A stretch of DNA of 63,704 nt, the filler included, from Choristocarpus tenellus KU-1152 (Eukaryota > Protista > Phaeophyceae), in assembly GCA_964200185.2 (NCBI GenBank). It is 9 parts of 9 records of this genome, joined end to end, with 100 filler letters (N's around TTAATTAATTAA, not from the genome) between each part and the next. Parts side by side here need not be neighbours in the genome. Positions count along the whole stretch, not along the records: positions 38,120 to 42,209 come from CAXNAD020016275.1; positions 42,310 to 46,156 come from CAXNAD020017592.1; positions 46,257 to 49,947 come from CAXNAD020018494.1; positions 50,048 to 63,704 come from CAXNAD020001419.1; 5 more parts are not named here. One strand, given 5' to 3'. This document shows positions 38,400 to 51,463 of this stretch, one piece after another (the stretch's first letter is position 1; the number at the start of each line of letters is the position of its first letter). The translations under genes were made by a program, and so were the position numbers. The notes beneath the pieces were generated by a model. It made no database searches. It saw only the letters and a list, made by a program, of their open reading frames with translations, and was not told the DNA's origin.

Positions 38400-39902
38400 T
38401 ACTGATTGTGAGTTGAAGCTATCAAAGATAGTAAAGCAGCTCTTCAAAGACCACTTCCCAGATCTTTTTCTCCGGAGAAGGTCCAATGATCCAAAAACTG
38501 TGGAAGGAGAGGACCCACTCATGGAGAGGATATTCACCGCAAGGTGTAGATAAAGTCACGGAAGGAATTGATGTAGTCAAGGAGAGGTTGGAGGTGGTGC
38601 AGGAGTACGTAGATGAAGTCATTGAAGGAAATGATGCAGTCAAGGAGACGATGGAGGTGTTGAGAGAACAATTGGAGAGTGTAAGGGAGAGGTAAGGAGC
38701 GTTCAGGTTAGCATGGTGAAGCTCAATGCCATGCAAGCTAAGGACTACCCATTTCCTAGCCTTACATTCATTTGCGATGAGAGAGAAATTGCTGTGACTG
38801 GTAATTATGTGAAGATGACTCAGAGGGCAGTGAATCATGTCAAAGGATCGGTAAGCAAGGAGAAATGACTTCACTTCTTGTGCCCTTATTATGGCACGGA
38901 GATAGCATGTGGTCTGGATGGTAATGGGTATCCATTCCGTGGCATTTGAGAATGGGTGAAGAAGCTGTACCCCGTTGTGCAGGTAAACAATCCCGATCTC
39001 CGCTGAAGATACTTTTTTATTTTTTCCAAATTGATACCCTAACCCTAGTAGTCATAGGTCTCACATTGGCTATCTTAGGTGTTGTGTTTTCCCTCGTTTG
39101 TTGTTTGCATCTAGTAGTACATAGTTGTAGCCTCCTGTGTAACTATCAAGGCTTTAGGGGTATATTAGCAATCTAACAGAAGGTATAGTATTGTGAGTTA
39201 GGGCTAGGGTTGATAAGGAATCTAACCAAAAGTATAGTGTAGAGTGATCGCCTATTGCATCACCCGGTACTCTAATCCTGTATAAAACCAGTGTCTTCTG
39301 GATGGCAATAGAGCTGGATATGGTTCTTTGCAATTAGTAGCCAAATGTTGATCTTCTCACTCCAAATGCTAGTTCGAAATTTGCTCGAGGTCAGTATAAA
39401 TTGTTGGACACTTGCAACTTTCCTAGGTACCATCCTGTCTAGGGTTTAGGTTGATATCAGTAATTGACGTTTCTTCAACACCGTATGTCTTGAATAATTT
39501 ACAATTTTGCCAACCCAGGTGACGGCTGTCATTGTTGCGGCAGCTTGAAAGACTGCCGGTGGGGTAGAGATACCTGTGAGTGATTTACTTCACAAGTTCA
39601 AGGAGGAACTTTTTGTGAACATCTTGGATAGGGTAGTGACTGACAAAGCTCTTCAAGGAATGATGGGCGGTGAGGGGGACCTTGAAGCTGGGGTTCAAGT
39701 GTATGTTAGGAAATCATATGAGGATGTAAAGAAATTCATGACCGAGCAGGAGGAGAAACTGTAGAAGAGGTGTCGGGAAGGAAAGGCAGATTTTCACTTC
39801 AAGGATGTGATGACACTGGTGGAGGATGGTGAGGGAGGGAGGGTGTGGGTGGGGAAGGATAACGAAGACAAGTGGAAAGCATAGCTTTCTTCAGGACGAT
39901 AG
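38400..39902 (+). pseudogene. C-terminal region of a brown-algal ROCO-type (LRR-ROC-COR) GTPase, pseudogenised
   Basis: Coiled-coil (38486-38695), then QAKDYPFPSL and LHFLCPYYGTEIACGLDGNGYPFRGI*EWVKKLYPVVQ|GT (ends about 38982). Last exon from about 39519: ..RKSYEDVKKFMTEQE..HFKDVMTLVEDGEGGRVWVGKDNEDKW. These resemble Ectocarpus ROCO C-termini as recalled. Multiple stops and frameshifts. Confidence 0.65.
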
Positions 39903-41359
39903 GAGGATTAGAGCTAGTTTAGTGTCATTTTACCACAGTCCTCTCAATAGATTGGGTTTGTAGAGCATTCACTGAGATTTCGTGTTGCCAAACGGACAGT
40001 CTTGATACATGCATCTTTGATGTGTTGATTTCGTTCATGTTGTAGACCTTTGTTATTTCTGTATGACTGTGCAGTATATGCCCTACTTTCCTCTGTGTTA
40101 TTTCTGACAATGATACAGGGAAAATGGAATTTCTATGATCTTAATAATATGTGTTAGTACCTGGTCGCAGCAATTGCAGGGTCTCTGGCTGATGAGGAAA
40201 TGTTTTACTAAGCCATTTGTATCTCGATTGGTTTTGAATGTTTGTGTGGCTTATTAGAGGACACAGCTGTCGATTGTTGAATTGTGTGCTGATTGCTTGA
40301 GGCTGTTAAGGTGTCATGTATTTTGGAGTTATTTTATTGTTGTTTTTTCTTCTTTATTTTACAGATGGGTTAGGGTTAGATAGTTACCTTTTATAGTATG
40401 TAGTGCTGCATATTTTGCTGAGAGCATTTGCCCTCTCGTCTTTAATCCAGGACCTTGATGAATCTGATATGCATTGATGCAATACCTTGTGTCCAGGCAT
40501 AAGTGATGGCATTTGAACTGTTCCTTCACTATTAAATGCACAATTTCATAAAGAGAAACAGTATTTGGTGTATTGAGGTTTCGGTTTATTCATCTACCAA
40601 AGAATTAGCCATGACATGATCTGGAAATAATAGCAGAGTTTTTTTAATTAGATTCTATTTGATCGAATGACAACTTTTTGTCAACTGCATTGTCATCTTT
40701 AGCTCAATTCCATGGTTTTGAGCATTATCGGAATTTAGGGAATAAATTTCATAGCCTTGATTTTCTAATGTGGCAACACAGTATTTACAACTTAATTATC
40801 CCACTATAAAGTTCTTAGTAAGGTGAATGTGTAACATTTATGAGTTTGACAGAAGAGATGCCCTCCATGTTGACATCTGGTTGATGTCGATGATAGTGCC
40901 CTAGGAATAGCATTTATGTTGTCATTTAAGGTGTGGATTGTTAAAAACTCCCTCTGGAACAAGGCAATATAACTTTCTTATGGAATGCCATACTGAGACA
41001 TGATTAGGTAGATAGCCCTGGGCAATCTTGTGCCCAACAGTGAACCACAAAATATTCGTATTTACAGCTCTACATTTTAATCCGTATGATATTTGGAATA
41101 TGATGTGTGCAGTCCTCACTCTGATATTTTGTGTATTTCCATACTAGGATAGTACTTGATATTTTTTTTTACAGTGAAAACTACAATATTTCCCTCCATG
41201 GATGGGGCAATGATGGAAATGTATCAGTGGACATCACTTGGTTAACTGTTGAAGATCAACCCAATGTGTATGTGGGCCTCGTAATCGTTTATAACCTTAA
41301 CACTGTGAACTCCTTTCTCATTTGCCTGCTACCCTGAACCCACATGATTCATCCCTTAC

Positions 41360-42010
41360 AACCCTAACCCTACTACTTACGCTGAGATGTTACTTAATCT
41401 AATCCCTCAAAATATATGTTAGGTTTAGGGTTTGGTTAGAAAATATCAGAAATGAACCTGGATCTTGGTTACCACACCTATATACACACTAGTTGAAGTC
41501 GTTGGGATATTTAGGGTTAGGGATAGGGGTCATTGATGACAAATTCGTTCATCACACTTACACTTTCTCCATACCTTTGTGAAAGCGGAGATCCGAAGAA
41601 AGTAGGACTCTTATATACATCAGGCTGTTGATTTTCCCTGGGTAATCCTAACCCTAACCCAAGGAGATGTAGAAGATGGGATGGATACTGTGGGTAAGAA
41701 ACAGTCAGACCCCAGTGTTGTACTACTAGATATGTCTAGGTGTAGCTTGAGGGTGCGCATGCTGCCAAGACCCCTTGTCAACTTTGGGTCAGTAAATGGG
41801 TATCGGCTTTGCACTACATTGTTAAGGACCTGAGGTTGGGGTAGGGTTAGGGTTAGGGCCTCAGTTAAAGTAGAAGTGCACTGTAGAGTGTGGGTTGGTA
41901 GTTAATGTAATATTTATATATATTTGCATTTTTTTTTGTTAGTGGGAGACAGCAGAATGTAGTTGTGTGATATGCAGTAAGGCAGTAGTTTAAGGTTAGG
42001 GTTAGGGTTA
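41360..42010. repeat. Cluster of short interstitial TTAGGG/CCCTAA telomere-like seeds
   Basis: 2-3-unit runs at about 41361, 41418, 41511, 41647, 41841 and 41994; also near 39036, 39198 and 40369. Confidence 0.6.
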
Positions 42011-42209
42011 TCTGTAGAGTTGAAGTGATGGTATTGTTACAAATATTTCTCACTCTCAGTGTACGTACTGTAAACTCTGTACCATGGACATTCTACCACG
42101 TGTGGACTCTCCCCTTACAAGGATCACAGTGTACACTTGACGTTATGCTCTACAATAATGGGGTTGGGTGGTGATTGGCCAAGCTTAAGATATAATATAA
42201 CATGAAACC

Positions 42210-42309
42210 NNNNNNNNNNNNNNNNNNNNNNNNNNNNNNNNNNNNNNNNNNNNTTAATTAATTAANNNNNNNNNNNNNNNNNNNNNNNNNNNNNNNNNNN
42301 NNNNNNNNN
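42210..42309. other. Artificial contig spacer
   Basis: 44 N + TTAATTAATTAA + 44 N. Confidence 0.98.
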
Positions 42310-42332
42310 CCCCTGCATCACTACCCACTCAC

Positions 42333-44777
42333 CATCTTGTCCGCTAGCATGCCGATGTCTATCTTATGGTGGATACGACAGTAGGTCTCGAATATGAAAC
42401 GCCTCGCAGCCTCCATGAACTCCGTGCTGCAATTACACAGGAAGAAGTCGCTGTCCAACACCTACAAATAAACAGCACACCCCTCACACGAATCATTATA
42501 AACATCGCTAGTGGAACAGAGCCGTACATACTTACATAAGAAGGCCTGTAGAGGGCACAGGCAAGTAATAAAAAAAATTAAACCTAAGATTTGAATCGCG
42601 CTGGACCTTGCATTGAAGTTGAAGTCGAAAATATAATGTTCTTATTTAAAAAAGGGGGAGGAACTCAGTCAACAATTTGATCTTTCGGGTACTCTGGATG
42701 GAATTGATATTGATATTATACGCTTACAAAAAATAATAAAATAAATAAATAAATATCTATATACAGAAGCAATGTAACATTAAAGCACAATCGCAAGCAA
42801 AGGGGACTAATTCGACCCGGTGCTTGCTCAACAATTCACAAAAATCTATCTCATCGAGACCTACGTCAGTCAACAGATATATACACGGTCATTATTAACT
42901 TGGATGACATGGGCAAAAGAAGACTTGTCGTCAAAACACTGCATTCACAAAAATCTTGTCTTCTCATCCGCTGATTACACAACCACGAACCTTGGATGTC
43001 AAAAGAAATAGCAGCATAGCACCGCAGCACCATGCAGTAGACCAAGAACACACCAAAAACCTACACAAGAACCAGCAATGTGAAGAAAAAAAGAAAAAAA
43101 ATTCTCGATTAGAATCTACACTGTTCCCCCCCCAAAACCCAAGGCCATACCTTGTTGCACTCCTTGAGCCTGGTCTGTGCCCCATCAAAATCAAACGAGA
43201 CGTGCAAGCCTTCCAGGAACTGAAAACCGAGGATGAGTGCAAGCGAGAGAAAAAAAAGAGAAACCTTAAAAATTTGGGTACTAGGGCTTCGTTCGGAACA
43301 ACCTGCACAGAGGGTCAACTAAATTCAAAAATGGACCGAATTCACTGGGACAGATTCGCTTGTAAAAAAAAAAATAACTTGAGATTTATTATTATTTTCT
43401 CGGGGCCGTGTCAGCCTGTATTTCGTTTTGCAACATACAGTTGTAATGTAGGTAACAAAAAAACGAATAAAAATCCTGGAAATTTCAAATATGTTACTGG
43501 AATCCTAATATTCAAAAATGTTCTCAAAAAGAGTACAAATGAGAGATGAGTGCAACAACATAGCATAACAGAATAGACCTGTCATCATCACCAACAATCC
43601 CCCCCCCAAAAAAACAAAGTGAGCATACTGGGAGAGTGAGGACAACCTCGAGGGAGAACAGAACACAGATACATGCATACACAAAAAATGGAGGTACAAT
43701 CACCGCCACCACATCACTAAAAAAATCCACTAACAGAGCAGACTGAGCAAAATAGGAGGGTGGGGATGGAGAGGGGGGGGAAGGGACAACACAAAATGGT
43801 ACCAATTATTACAAGTATTACAAGACTACCTAAAATTATAGATATTTTGAAGGCATTGGTACAGATATAGATAGGACATCCAGTGTAAGAAGTACCTATT
43901 ACCTCAGTGACAGGGTCCGAGTACGAATGCTTCTCCTGCTCCAGTACACGCATGAGGTCACGCATCATGTACTTCCTGGTGTTGTTGCCAGCCACCTTCA
44001 AACATGCATTATTCGTATCACAAGAAGCAAAATGAACGGGGGGGCGGGGCGGGAGGGCAACGATCGAGACTCACACAAAGACCTATGACGATATACGACG
44101 GGACACCTCAAGTACCTATTATTTTTATAATCCCTATATCGCGACAAAAAGAGGTACTGGCCAAGCGAAACTAAAAAAGGTATACAAGAGTTTTGTATTT
44201 GAAAGATTCAGTAGTTAAAATAGTTTTCTAAGGACTCCTGCACACAATGAGGGGCAGGGGGAGTTTGCAGTATGCACGATGGCTGCCAAAAGAACTCATT
44301 CGACCAAAGTCTACACTCCTAACTCCATAACGCCTTCACTCAACTACAAGCTGAAACCCCTCTGGAGGGAACAAGCCAGACACAACAGGACACGTTACTC
44401 ACTAACACTAAACAATAAAAGAAATTATACCTTCAGTGGTTAGTTAGGGCCTTCTTGCCAAAAAGGTAGTAAGGCAGGGTGGTTCTTCAAACACAGTCAC
44501 CACTAGACTTTTCCTTCTGAGAAAATTTGCTCTAGACAGACAGACCATGACTGCCTGCCTTGTATAGTCTCTCTTAAGATTACCGTGAGCATCCCTCAGA
44601 CATAACAGGGACACAACACTAGGTAGAGCATGTAAGGATTACCATTCCACCAAGGCATGGAAGGCGTCCACGAAAAACCCTCTAGGTAGCTTTTAAAGTC
44701 ACATTTCATCTAACCTTCGTGAGGATAATCGCCGTCACCAGGTACCGGAGCAGCCAGGGGCAGTTGGTTTGGATAGC
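42333..44777 (-). CDS. EIF3E: Eukaryotic translation initiation factor 3 subunit E (INT6), partial, 4 exons of the PCI region
   Basis: Phase-0 GT-AG exons: 44777-44715 ([21 protein letters not shown]), 43995-43903 ([31 protein letters not shown]), 43219-43151 ([23 protein letters not shown]), 42461-42333 ([43 protein letters not shown]). FDFDGAQ and FIFETxCRIH are diagnostic. Confidence 0.95.
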
Positions 44778-46156
44778 CTGAAAAAAGCCACAAGGGGAAG
44801 GGGAGGGGAGGAGAGGGGGAGTAGGGAACAGGTCGGGGAGAAAGTATTGTGTTGATATGCCTATATCGTTGATCATCTCTAATATCGTCCTTTTCTTACA
44901 TATACTAGTAACAGCAGATACCTCAATTCCAAAGGCAACCTTAGATCGGCTTACCCAAGGGACAATGAAATAGGACCCCATCCAAAAAATCAATAGCAGT
45001 ACAAAGTTAGGTGTGCAATGCCCTACAACGATGTTTCTGTTACGTGCTTCCTTCCCTAGAATCTTCCATCAATCCGGAATCTCTTACCCATAAACGGATG
45101 GGCCCAAGACACCATCAACTGTCTCAAGAAAATTAATAGTATCACGTCCATTGAGACATTGCATTTGAAAACAGTTTCACGGAACATATCGACAGTACTC
45201 TCCCCACCAATACCAATCTACAAGTCCAGCAATTACATTGAAAAGAACACCACAAACTGCAGCAAGGAAAAGTCAATACAACTCTTTCAAAAACGACTCT
45301 TTGTATACTATGCACACTAAAAAAAAACAAGTTAACCCATCCATCCATCCATCCTCCTCCCACAAATGCAGCACTCAAGGGGAAAACTTGCACTTTTTTT
45401 CATCACTCCAGGCCGGCAACACAACTGGGGTAAAGCCCGTGGCTTAGGGCTGACACACAGTCTGGACAACAATGAATAAAAAATATCATTACTGGACTGG
45501 CTGAGTCAACATGGAATGAACCACTACAGCTAATGTATGTCCCAATAACCCAAAATAAATATGCAAAGACAATAAAAATGATACAAACATCCCTCCAGCC
45601 ACATCCTATTTTCAGTGCAAAAATATATGATAGGATTGGATTAGGTCGACATCGTACTATCGATGTTCTAAGTCGACAGCAGCACAGCCCAGAACCTCGT
45701 GCAGATACCATTGCTGATTTTGCCAGTAGGTACTTTCAAATGTCAAACTCACAAGTGAAAAAGCATCCAATACCTGGTGGACATGGTCTGGAATTGCTAG
45801 AAAACATCGAACTCAGTCCATTCTCTGGATTGGTCCGTCTACATTAGCCTGACCTTGCAAATGGTTCCTGTCATCTAGAAACACAATTACATACGCAAGA
45901 AGCCTACAACCACCACCACCACCACCGCTGCACTCATAACCCACCCAGATTCAAAGTGTAACAGCATACAGCATCACACGCAGACAGAAGAACATGAACC
46001 CACATCCTCCAAGGCATACAAGTGCCTCCACTCTCCCAATGTACAGAACCGTATGGGGGGGGGGGGGGGGGGGGGGGGGGGGGAGCCCCCTTCAAAAAAA
46101 AAAGGGAAGGGCGGGGGCAAGAAAAAAAAACGAACACAAACACCAAAAAAAAAAAA

Positions 46157-46256
46157 NNNNNNNNNNNNNNNNNNNNNNNNNNNNNNNNNNNNNNNNNNNN
46201 TTAATTAATTAANNNNNNNNNNNNNNNNNNNNNNNNNNNNNNNNNNNNNNNNNNNN
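46157..46256. other. Artificial contig spacer
   Basis: 44 N + TTAATTAATTAA + 44 N. Confidence 0.98.
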
Positions 46257-46541
46257 GTCGTTGGATTTGAGTTGTACATCCTGGAAGGTGAGCATTGAGG
46301 GGCGCCTGTAACAGCCCTACCTCCAGAAGGCAAGGGGGAGCAAGTCTAATCTCTTCCTTGCCCATCTTTTTGCTCAACTCGTTGCTCAATTCAGACCACA
46401 ATAGAGGTGGATAAGTGACTCAAGCTAGGCAGGGCCAGACCCTAGGATTTCCAATAAAAAAAAGAGAAGCGGAACCATCAGGTACCCAGCATACATCAAA
46501 CAAGTTAAAATTACCATTTGACTATACATGACTAACATGGC

Positions 46542-48666
46542 CTACACACCATGGTTTCGGAGCGGAACTTCAATTTCAACTGGTGGATTGCTTTGTGCCT
46601 CCCCCATAACAGTCCCATTTGCTTCCTCAATATCCCCCTGCTCTCCCTCTTCCGCTTCTTCTGAATCTTCCAGAGCCTTCTTCAAAGCCCGTTTGGCGTA
46701 AATGCTGATCAGCACAACTGCAATTATGGTAGCAATTACCCCCACTATGGAGTCAAGCAAGGAAAGGGGTGAGAGAGGGATACAGCAGGCAGATGGAAAC
46801 AATTAGACATAGTGCAATGATGATGGCGTCTGGTTTTGGGATGGAGTAGCTGACAATATACTTCACACCATATTCTCATCACAACTGCCCATATGTTACT
46901 TCTAGGTCCAGTCAACAACAGAAGACCAGCACTCTGCCCTCATCAAATTTTTAATCACTGCATCAAAAACGTACAACCATCCCATCCGTACCAATAATGA
47001 CAATCAGCTGCACTGTTGCATTCCCACCATCATCGTCCATGTCATCGTCACCGTCACCTCTCAACAGGCTTGACGCACTGTCAACAATAAAAGGTAGGGA
47101 CAGTGGTCATATAAGAAATAAGGTCAAATATTGATGTTCACCACTATACCTCTATACTTTCCTTTCCAGTGAATCAATCACTCCACCTCCTGAAAGTACT
47201 GGATACTACACAGTAAAGAAGCATGTACACAATAGATAGTGTTTTTGTATTAAGGAAATCACGCGACTGACTGCACATTTGTCTCTACCCTGCACATTTA
47301 CCAAGATGCTGCTTATACCGGCAAGACATGCCAGAAAATATTACCTCCAGCTCAGTATTTCAGTGGTGACACAAATAGGATCTCACCTTGTGCCAATGAA
47401 AACATAAGCCACAGTCCCAGGAATGAATCCGAAGCACCCCAAAGCATAGTCTCGGAAAGACACCTTAGTGAGGCCCCTGGTTATATGATAGCCAGCCGTC
47501 AGAAGCAAAGTGTGCAAGAGAGGTAGAGATCATTATAATTCGGTCAGGAACAAAAGATCGACCTGTTTTGCTCTCTACTCATCTGGTAAAATGTCCATTT
47601 CAAGTGAGACATCTGGCAGACAAGCAGCGATTGCAAGGGGTACATACTTCAGACTGGTCCCAATACATTTGCTGCTCTTTATGACAATACAACGAGATCT
47701 GCTCACATGACATAGTTGAAGGCACTGAAAGGGACAACAGGGGAGAGCCTGAGGAGGAGTACCAGCTTCAAGCCCTGGGTTTCGATGGCCTTATTCACAG
47801 CATTCAAGATCCTGAACTTGTTGAATAGACTTTGTGCCTGTTCCTGCAGAACGTAGCGTCCCAGAAGAAAGGCTAGAATGGCACCGATGGTTGCACCCAG
47901 CTGCAAAAGCAACGTAAAACAGATACATTCAGCGGGGAGTAGAGCATGGTTGATGAGTGTGTCGTGTGTACAAGAAATAGAGCATCTAGTTTTTCATGTC
48001 AATTATCCCAACCACATTACCTTCTACTAAAATATACTCAGTAGCCTTGACCACTTTAGTTATATGCTTAAATGACGAGGACGGAATCAAAACAATTACA
48101 AGTATAGAGAAGGCAGTAGAGATTTTCGGACACAAATCACAACGGGTCCTGAGCGACTGGACCCAGTTCTCACCAGCACCGCTGCTGAACCTAGCAGGAC
48201 CCCAGGTCCAGTACCCAAGGCCCGACCAAACACAAGCCCTGCACCTAGGGTCAGTAACGACCCTGGGATAAAACACACGGTTGTGAACACGTAGACTGCT
48301 GCAAACGCGAGGAATCCTTCCCCTGGATTGTCCTCCACCCAACCCAGGAAATCCCTGAGCGTATCAGCCACGAAACCAAGGCCGGGAACCTGTAGTCGTG
48401 TGGAATGATGTGAGTAGACAGCAAGGTAATAACCTGTGATGCTGGGGGAGACTGGATGCTTACTCGCGACATGACCAATACGATGTGTGAGCAGTTGCTT
48501 GACGTACCGTGTAGTCAAGCACGACGTAAATGATCAGCCCGATCAAGACAAGAAGCAATCCATTCTTCCGTAATTTTGCGTTCTTCTTAGCGGAAGGCGA
48601 CTCCACGTCTTCGTCCACGGTGATCTCTGGGTTTGAAATGGGTAGGTCTTCAGTTTTGGTCTCCAT
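46542..48666 (-). CDS. TVP38/TMEM64-family (VTT / SNARE-associated, DedA superfamily) membrane protein, complete, 6 exons
   Basis: Exons 48666-48508, 48389-48174, 47900-47707, 47476-47387, 47077-46992 and 46744-46542 splice in frame from ATG to TAG. Motifs FIPGSLLTLGAG, GATIGAILAFLLGRY, LLRLSPVVPFSAFNYVMGLT, GFIPGTVAYVFIG. Confidence 0.93.
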
Positions 48667-49522
48667 GTTGAGTAATCAACGACTTCAAAACTAGGTGAGC
48701 TGAAAGTTTTGTTGCGTGCAGCAGTGGAACGCCAACCCTCAATAGAGTGCAGAAAGAGAGGTTGTGTTAGCTCTGTATTTGCTAGCTTGAGTGGTGACTG
48801 GTGAGTGAACTAACTAAGGAAGGGTGGAGTATGTCCATTGTCAGTTCCAGTATGCAGGATTCCACACACCAAGTCTGTAAATGGCAATGAACCGATCTTG
48901 TCTAATATCCCGAGAGATTGGAATATTTTTGTATGTAAGGTAGAAATAGTAGTGGTGAAGAAGGATACATTAATAAAAAGTAGTGAATTTATGCAACAGA
49001 ATATTTTTGAATTTTTGATATAAGTTGTAAGAATATTTTTGCGAGGTGTCCTTATCTTCCCATCTACCTATTCCTGTGCCTCTGGGGCTATAACTGTTTG
49101 TATTTAGTGTGAGACACATACCATCTTTTCTGGGATTTCCCACCAGTGATAAGGATAATGCACGTGGTCATACACATTTGCGCGCGTCACGTTTTGGCAT
49201 TGAGGTTAGGGTGAGTGATCTGGTGTGGTCAGACGCACGAATGGCTCGCGGTAACCCCGATATTGAAGGTGGATTCAAACAAACGCCGAGATGATGTTTT
49301 CTGTTCTGACTCGTTACAACCAATCACAGTGAAGACTGATCCACATTGAGGATGTCAACATATACCCAACATGCCTCAGTATCATCTCTGACTTCCTTTC
49401 TGAACATCATCTCTGGTGGTTCTCATCACTCCCCATCACATAGAATCAGGTCTCTTAACAGTGGTACTCACGCCGATGATAGTAGTTGTGATTCCTAAAA
49501 CATCTATATAATTGTATATATA

Positions 49523-49812
49523 TATTATTGCATCCTCCAACATTTTGTAGGTATGTCATGGAAAAGGTGGAAACAATATCACAAGGACCCCTGAAATAGT
49601 AACACTAGTACCAACAGTTGTCGTAAATGTGAAAGATATCTCTCGAAAATATAATTAGCATTTGAATGCCAGTTCCACTACAATACACCTTTAACTCCAG
49701 TGAAGGTTGGTAATTAATTGATTATTACATATGCTCATTTACTTTACAGGGGTCCTTGTAATATTAGTTTTTACTTTTAACACATCTATAAAATGTCAGT
49801 GGGCATAATAAT
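49523..49812. mobile_element. Old AT-rich MITE-like imperfect inverted repeat (~290 bp)
   Basis: ..AACATTTTGTAGGTATGTC..AATATCACAAGGACCCCTGAAATAGTAA pairs with TTACTTTACAGGGGTCCTTGTAATATT..ACATCTATAAAATGTC. A related unit at 49840-49905 recurs at 17802-17870. Confidence 0.5.
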
Positions 49813-49917
49813 AATATTTACTTTAGCATTATTGAATTGACTTTCCATTGTTTTTCTCCTGACACATCTAGAAAATGTCAGAGGGCATACTAATATAATC
49901 TGGTGTACATAATATGT

Positions 49918-49947
49918 GACCCAAAGTATCTGGGAGGGGGGGGGGGG
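49918..49947. mobile_element. ~180-bp MITE family TIR, truncated by spacer
   Basis: GACCCAAAGTATCTGGGAGGGGGG. Confidence 0.82.
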
Positions 49948-50047
49948 NNNNNNNNNNNNNNNNNNNNNNNNNNNNNNNNNNNNNNNNNNNNTTAATTAAT
50001 TAANNNNNNNNNNNNNNNNNNNNNNNNNNNNNNNNNNNNNNNNNNNN
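49948..50047. other. Artificial contig spacer
   Basis: 44 N + TTAATTAATTAA + 44 N. Confidence 0.98.
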
Positions 50048-50135
50048 AAAGGATAATGTAAAAGCACTTTTCCTGATATTGACCCAAAAGGACAGCCTGG
50101 GGTAAAACCCCCCCCCCCCGAGATAATTTAAGCCC
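50048..50135. mobile_element. ~180-bp MITE family, diverged right half
   Basis: GGATAATGTAAAAGCAC..GACCCAAAAGGACAGCCTGG..CCCCGAGATAATTTAAGCCC|AAT aligns with 15200-15286. Confidence 0.8.
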
Positions 50136-51463
50136 AATTGATCCAAGTAGCTGAACATGGAGTTTTCAGGGTATTTACCAAGGTTGGAATGCACTGGCCT
50201 TGTACCAATGATACTGCATTTTGTGAAATATTGATGTCGAGATACCCCTGTATCTCCAACACAGTCAATTGAACTTCGGTCAGAGAAAGTCCAACATACA
50301 GTCGTCTATAATACCATCATGGCTTTCCATTATCTGCTTGATTGAATCATTAATGCTTTTAGAAGCGAGCCTACCATAGCAATGCTGACTTCTTATGCCT
50401 GTCACCTGGATGGGCACGTAGAATTGAACCATCTTATACTCAATTGTAGTGGGATAATAAACAGGCACGTTGCCCTTTGTCTCCCTCCTAGCCTAGACAT
50501 CATCACCATGTAAACATACAGTACGCATTACTTGGAATTATTGACTTGTATGACAATTCCCTCCTACGCACATTATATTGTGGCCTACTGTTTGGGTAAG
50601 ACCAACCAACACCTCTCATGAAACGAAGTCTGACCTTTGAATCATGGCCACAGTAGTGAGAGTTTCCCACCAGAAACATCTGGTTTGCATGATCAACATT
50701 GACCAACCCATATAAATAGTTAACCTTGCCCAGGTCACGTTTGTGTGGAGAAAACCAAGTGTTGGTGGTGGTGGCAGAAGAGAAGAAGTTCGTTGCCACT
50801 TGGTATAGCTTTCACTCTTGCAAAACCACTGTGAAGGAGAGTATGCTGCAGAAGCAGAAGTGATATTGGACCAAATGTTCAAGATAGGCAACTCTACTTG
50901 GAAGATTCCACTGGAGAGTAGAGAGTGGTGCAAGGTGGATGAGGTCAATGAGCGGTGAATCGATGCATTCCAAGTTGCAAGAAGCAAGGCAAACGCCATT
51001 GTACCTTCAACTATTTCTAGAGACCACGGGTGAGGCTAATTCAGTTTGTACTCAAGTGCAGTCAAAAGGATCTAATTGTACAACCCATTTTCTTGTGGGT
51101 GTCATTTTTGGGATGCACAAAGCTCCATGTTAGACACCTCAAGATGAAAACGTGATATGATATTTGTTAGTAAGTTTCAATATCCTTGCTACAGACACAC
51201 CTTTCATAGTCATACACATTTTAAGTAACTGTTTTCACACACAAAACCGAAAGAGGCCAAATAAAACCCGTGGGAAGTCCGGCCCCAAACGGACAAACAG
51301 GGAAAATCAACATACCCTCTTTAATACCTTTGGTCAGAAGTTGAAATGCTGGAGTGTAACTGAAATTACTCTGCTGCAACATTACCTGTTAACACTTACC
51401 TATAGGAAGGGGTCCTAACCAAACACCTAATGTCAGGAACACAGAAAGCAGGAATCAATGACT

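Noticed and set aside
42956-43549. 197-aa plus-strand ORF
   Set aside because: Antisense to an eIF3e exon and its A-rich introns; low complexity.
11872-50194. ORFs containing X runs and ending in LIN
   Set aside because: Produced by the N/TTAATTAATTAA linker.
50280-51130. Overlapping minus-strand ORFs
   Set aside because: Broken by stops and frameshifts with no identifiable domain.
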